Assembly: GCA_024638805.1 (NCBI GenBank)
Contig: JAHEJO010000002.1
Span: forward strand, 1 to 61,182
DNA: 61,182 bases
Direction of reading: 5' to 3'
From: Acidimicrobiales bacterium
GTDB lineage: Bacteria > Actinomycetota > Acidimicrobiia > Acidimicrobiales > SZUA-35
Position numbers and translations under genes: made by a program. Below, piece by piece: positions 59,595-61,182 of this stretch. The notes under the pieces were generated by a model. That model saw nothing but the letters and a program-made list of their open reading frames with translations. It searched no databases and was not told the origin of the DNA. Position 1 is the first letter of the stretch. Each line of letters opens with the position of its first letter.

Positions 59595-60587
59595 GTGCGC
59601 CTGGTGGTCTTCTCCATCTGCAAAGATGAGGAGGAAACGATCGGTGAGGTGCTGGCGGGTATTCCCCGGTCGATCCTGGGTATCACCGAGATCATCACGC
59701 TGGTGGTGAGCGACGGGTCAACCGATCGAACGGTCGAGATCGCCGAGGCGCACGGCGCCCTCACGATCGCCGGCAGAGTGCAGCGGCGTCTTGCCTATCG
59801 TTTCCAGCAGGCGGTCGACCGGGCGTTGGAGTTACAGGCCGATATCGCCGTCAACATCGATGGCGACATGCAGTTCGATCCCGCAGACATCCCCTCCCTG
59901 ATCGCTCCGATCGTGGCCGGCGAGACGCAATTCGTGGCCGCCGATCGGTTCACCGACCCTGCCACCGGGAACAGACACAAGCCTGACGACATGCCGAGCG
60001 ACAAGTATTGGGGAAACCTGCTTGGAGCCAAGGTTGTCGGTGCGCTGACCGGGCAGCGGTTCAACGACGTCACGTGCGGATTCCGTGCCTACGGCCGCGA
60101 GGCGCTGCTTTCATTGAACATCAACACCAAGCACACCTACACCCAGGAGTCGTTTCAGGTGCTCGCTCAGGCCGGAATCCACATCGAGACCCTTCCCACA
60201 CGGGTTCGCTACTTCCCGGACCGTCAGTCCAGAGTGGTCACGGGCTTCTGGAGCTTCCTCGCAACGAGCGGCATCAACATCCTGCGCGCCTACCGGGACT
60301 TCGCCCCGCTCCGTTTCTTTCTCGCCTTGGGGATACTCCCTCTGGTTCTCGGGTTCGTCGGTGCGACATTCGTCGGGGGTCACTGGCTGGTGACCGGTCG
60401 AACGTCGCCGTACACGAGCCTTGGGATTCTCGGCGCCTACTCCTTCTCGCTCGGGCTCATGCTGTTCGTTGTAGGTCTGCTGGCCGACATGCAGGTCCGG
60501 TCAGCGAGGAATCAGGAGAAGATCCTCCGGCTACTCAAGGGAATCGTCCTCGCTCGAGATCGAAACGACTCGACCCTCGATCGGTGA
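59595..60587 (+). CDS. Family 2 glycosyltransferase with C-terminal TM segments
   Basis: VVFSICKDEEETIGEVL, VSDGSTDRT, NIDGDMQFDP. Two C-terminal hydrophobic helices. GTG 59595. Confidence 0.85.
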   Translation: MRLVVFSICKDEEETIGEVLAGIPRSILGITEIITLVVSDGSTDRTVEIAEAHGALTIAGRVQRRLAYRFQQAVDRALELQADIAVNIDGDMQFDPADIPSLIAPIVAGETQFVAADRFTDPATGNRHKPDDMPSDKYWGNLLGAKVVGALTGQRFNDVTCGFRAYGREALLSLNINTKHTYTQESFQVLAQAGIHIETLPTRVRYFPDRQSRVVTGFWSFLATSGINILRAYRDFAPLRFFLALGILPLVLGFVGATFVGGHWLVTGRTSPYTSLGILGAYSFSLGLMLFVVGLLADMQVRSARNQEKILRLLKGIVLARDRNDSTLDR

Positions 60588-61182
60588 GGTCCACGACCGT
60601 CCGGGTGCTCCACGTGGTCGCATACCGAGACCCCGGCTATGTGCGTACGAAGGTGCTCACCGCTTCACTGGATCGGCCCGATGTCGACCTGACCGCTGCG
60701 AGGAACCGGTCCGTTGGCGTCCGACGCTACGCCGAGACTCTGGGCGAGTTCCATCGGCAACTGCGGATCGCCAGGCCCGATGTCGTGCTGCTGGGGTTCC
60801 GGGGCTACGAGATCTTTCCGATCGTGCGCCGGCTCACGCGAGATGTCCCCCTGGTATTCGATGCCTTTCTCTCCCCTACCGACGCTCTCGTGAGGGAACA
60901 GAAACTGGGGATCATCGGGGCGGTGACCGGTCGCCTACTCGAGCCGGTCGAACGCTCGATCCTGGCGGCCAGCGACGCGGTTCTCACCGACACCGATGCG
61001 CTCGGCGACCGCTTCGCCAATCGTTTCGCTCTGGATCGAAACCTATTTCACACGGTGTACGTCGGAGCCGACCCCGCCACCAAGCGCAGCCCGCGGAGAT
61101 CATCCACCGATGACCGACCGTTGCAGGTGCTGTTCTACGGATCGTTCCTGCCACTCCACGGGGTCGACGTGATCATCGGCGC
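60584..61182 (+). CDS. Glycosyltransferase (GT1/GT4-like), N-terminal part; 3' end outside window
   Basis: GTG 60584 overlaps the GT2 stop (GTGA) and the frame stays open to the window end. VLHVVAYRD...ARPDVVLLGFRGYEIFPIV...VLFYGSFLPLHGVDV. Absent from the track because no stop is reached. Confidence 0.6.
   Translation, partial: MRSTTVRVLHVVAYRDPGYVRTKVLTASLDRPDVDLTAARNRSVGVRRYAETLGEFHRQLRIARPDVVLLGFRGYEIFPIVRRLTRDVPLVFDAFLSPTDALVREQKLGIIGAVTGRLLEPVERSILAASDAVLTDTDALGDRFANRFALDRNLFHTVYVGADPATKRSPRRSSTDDRPLQVLFYGSFLPLHGVDVIIG

Overview
GC-rich actinobacterial chromosomal segment (third codon positions are mostly G/C). It is densely packed: about 60 CDS and 2 tRNA-Thr genes. I saw no rRNA, CRISPR array, transposase or integrase. 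The backbone is housekeeping and follows the gene order known from the Mycobacterium tuberculosis Rv3579c-Rv3660c region: tad pilus genes, Rv3649-type helicase, topA, tmk, holB, sigH-rsrA, DUF2342 protease-tilS, folP-folB-folK, lysS, clpC1, radA, disA, ispD-ispF, rlmB. Several expected genes are missing from their usual positions (hpt-ftsH-folE, cysS, carD, lsr2) and several blocks are inserted, which suggests a deep-branching, possibly Acidimicrobiia-like lineage (inference only). Genes are often coupled by 4-nt ATGA/GTGA/TTGA overlaps. Most interesting observations: (1) a tight four-gene cluster at 5776-8927 (DUF2786 protein, SprT/Spartan-like metalloprotease, a photolyase homolog with apparently swapped domain order, RsbW-like kinase), divergent from a methyltransferase plus MrfA-type helicase pair. 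(2) A perfect actinobacterial LexA box (TCGAAC-N4-GTTCGA) at 59311-59326, flanked by promoter-like hexamers and an apparently leaderless 50-codon ORF missing from the ORF track. (3) A dual-specificity-phosphatase-like gene with a dead CX5R motif inserted between folP and folB. (4) A glycerate kinase whose conserved N-terminus lies upstream of any canonical start codon. (5) A 42-codon membrane micro-ORF coupled to the DUF2342 metalloprotease. (6) A strong terminator that delimits an unannotated transcript upstream of the CIRCE-controlled groEL. All functional calls rest on motif recognition by eye; no searches were run.
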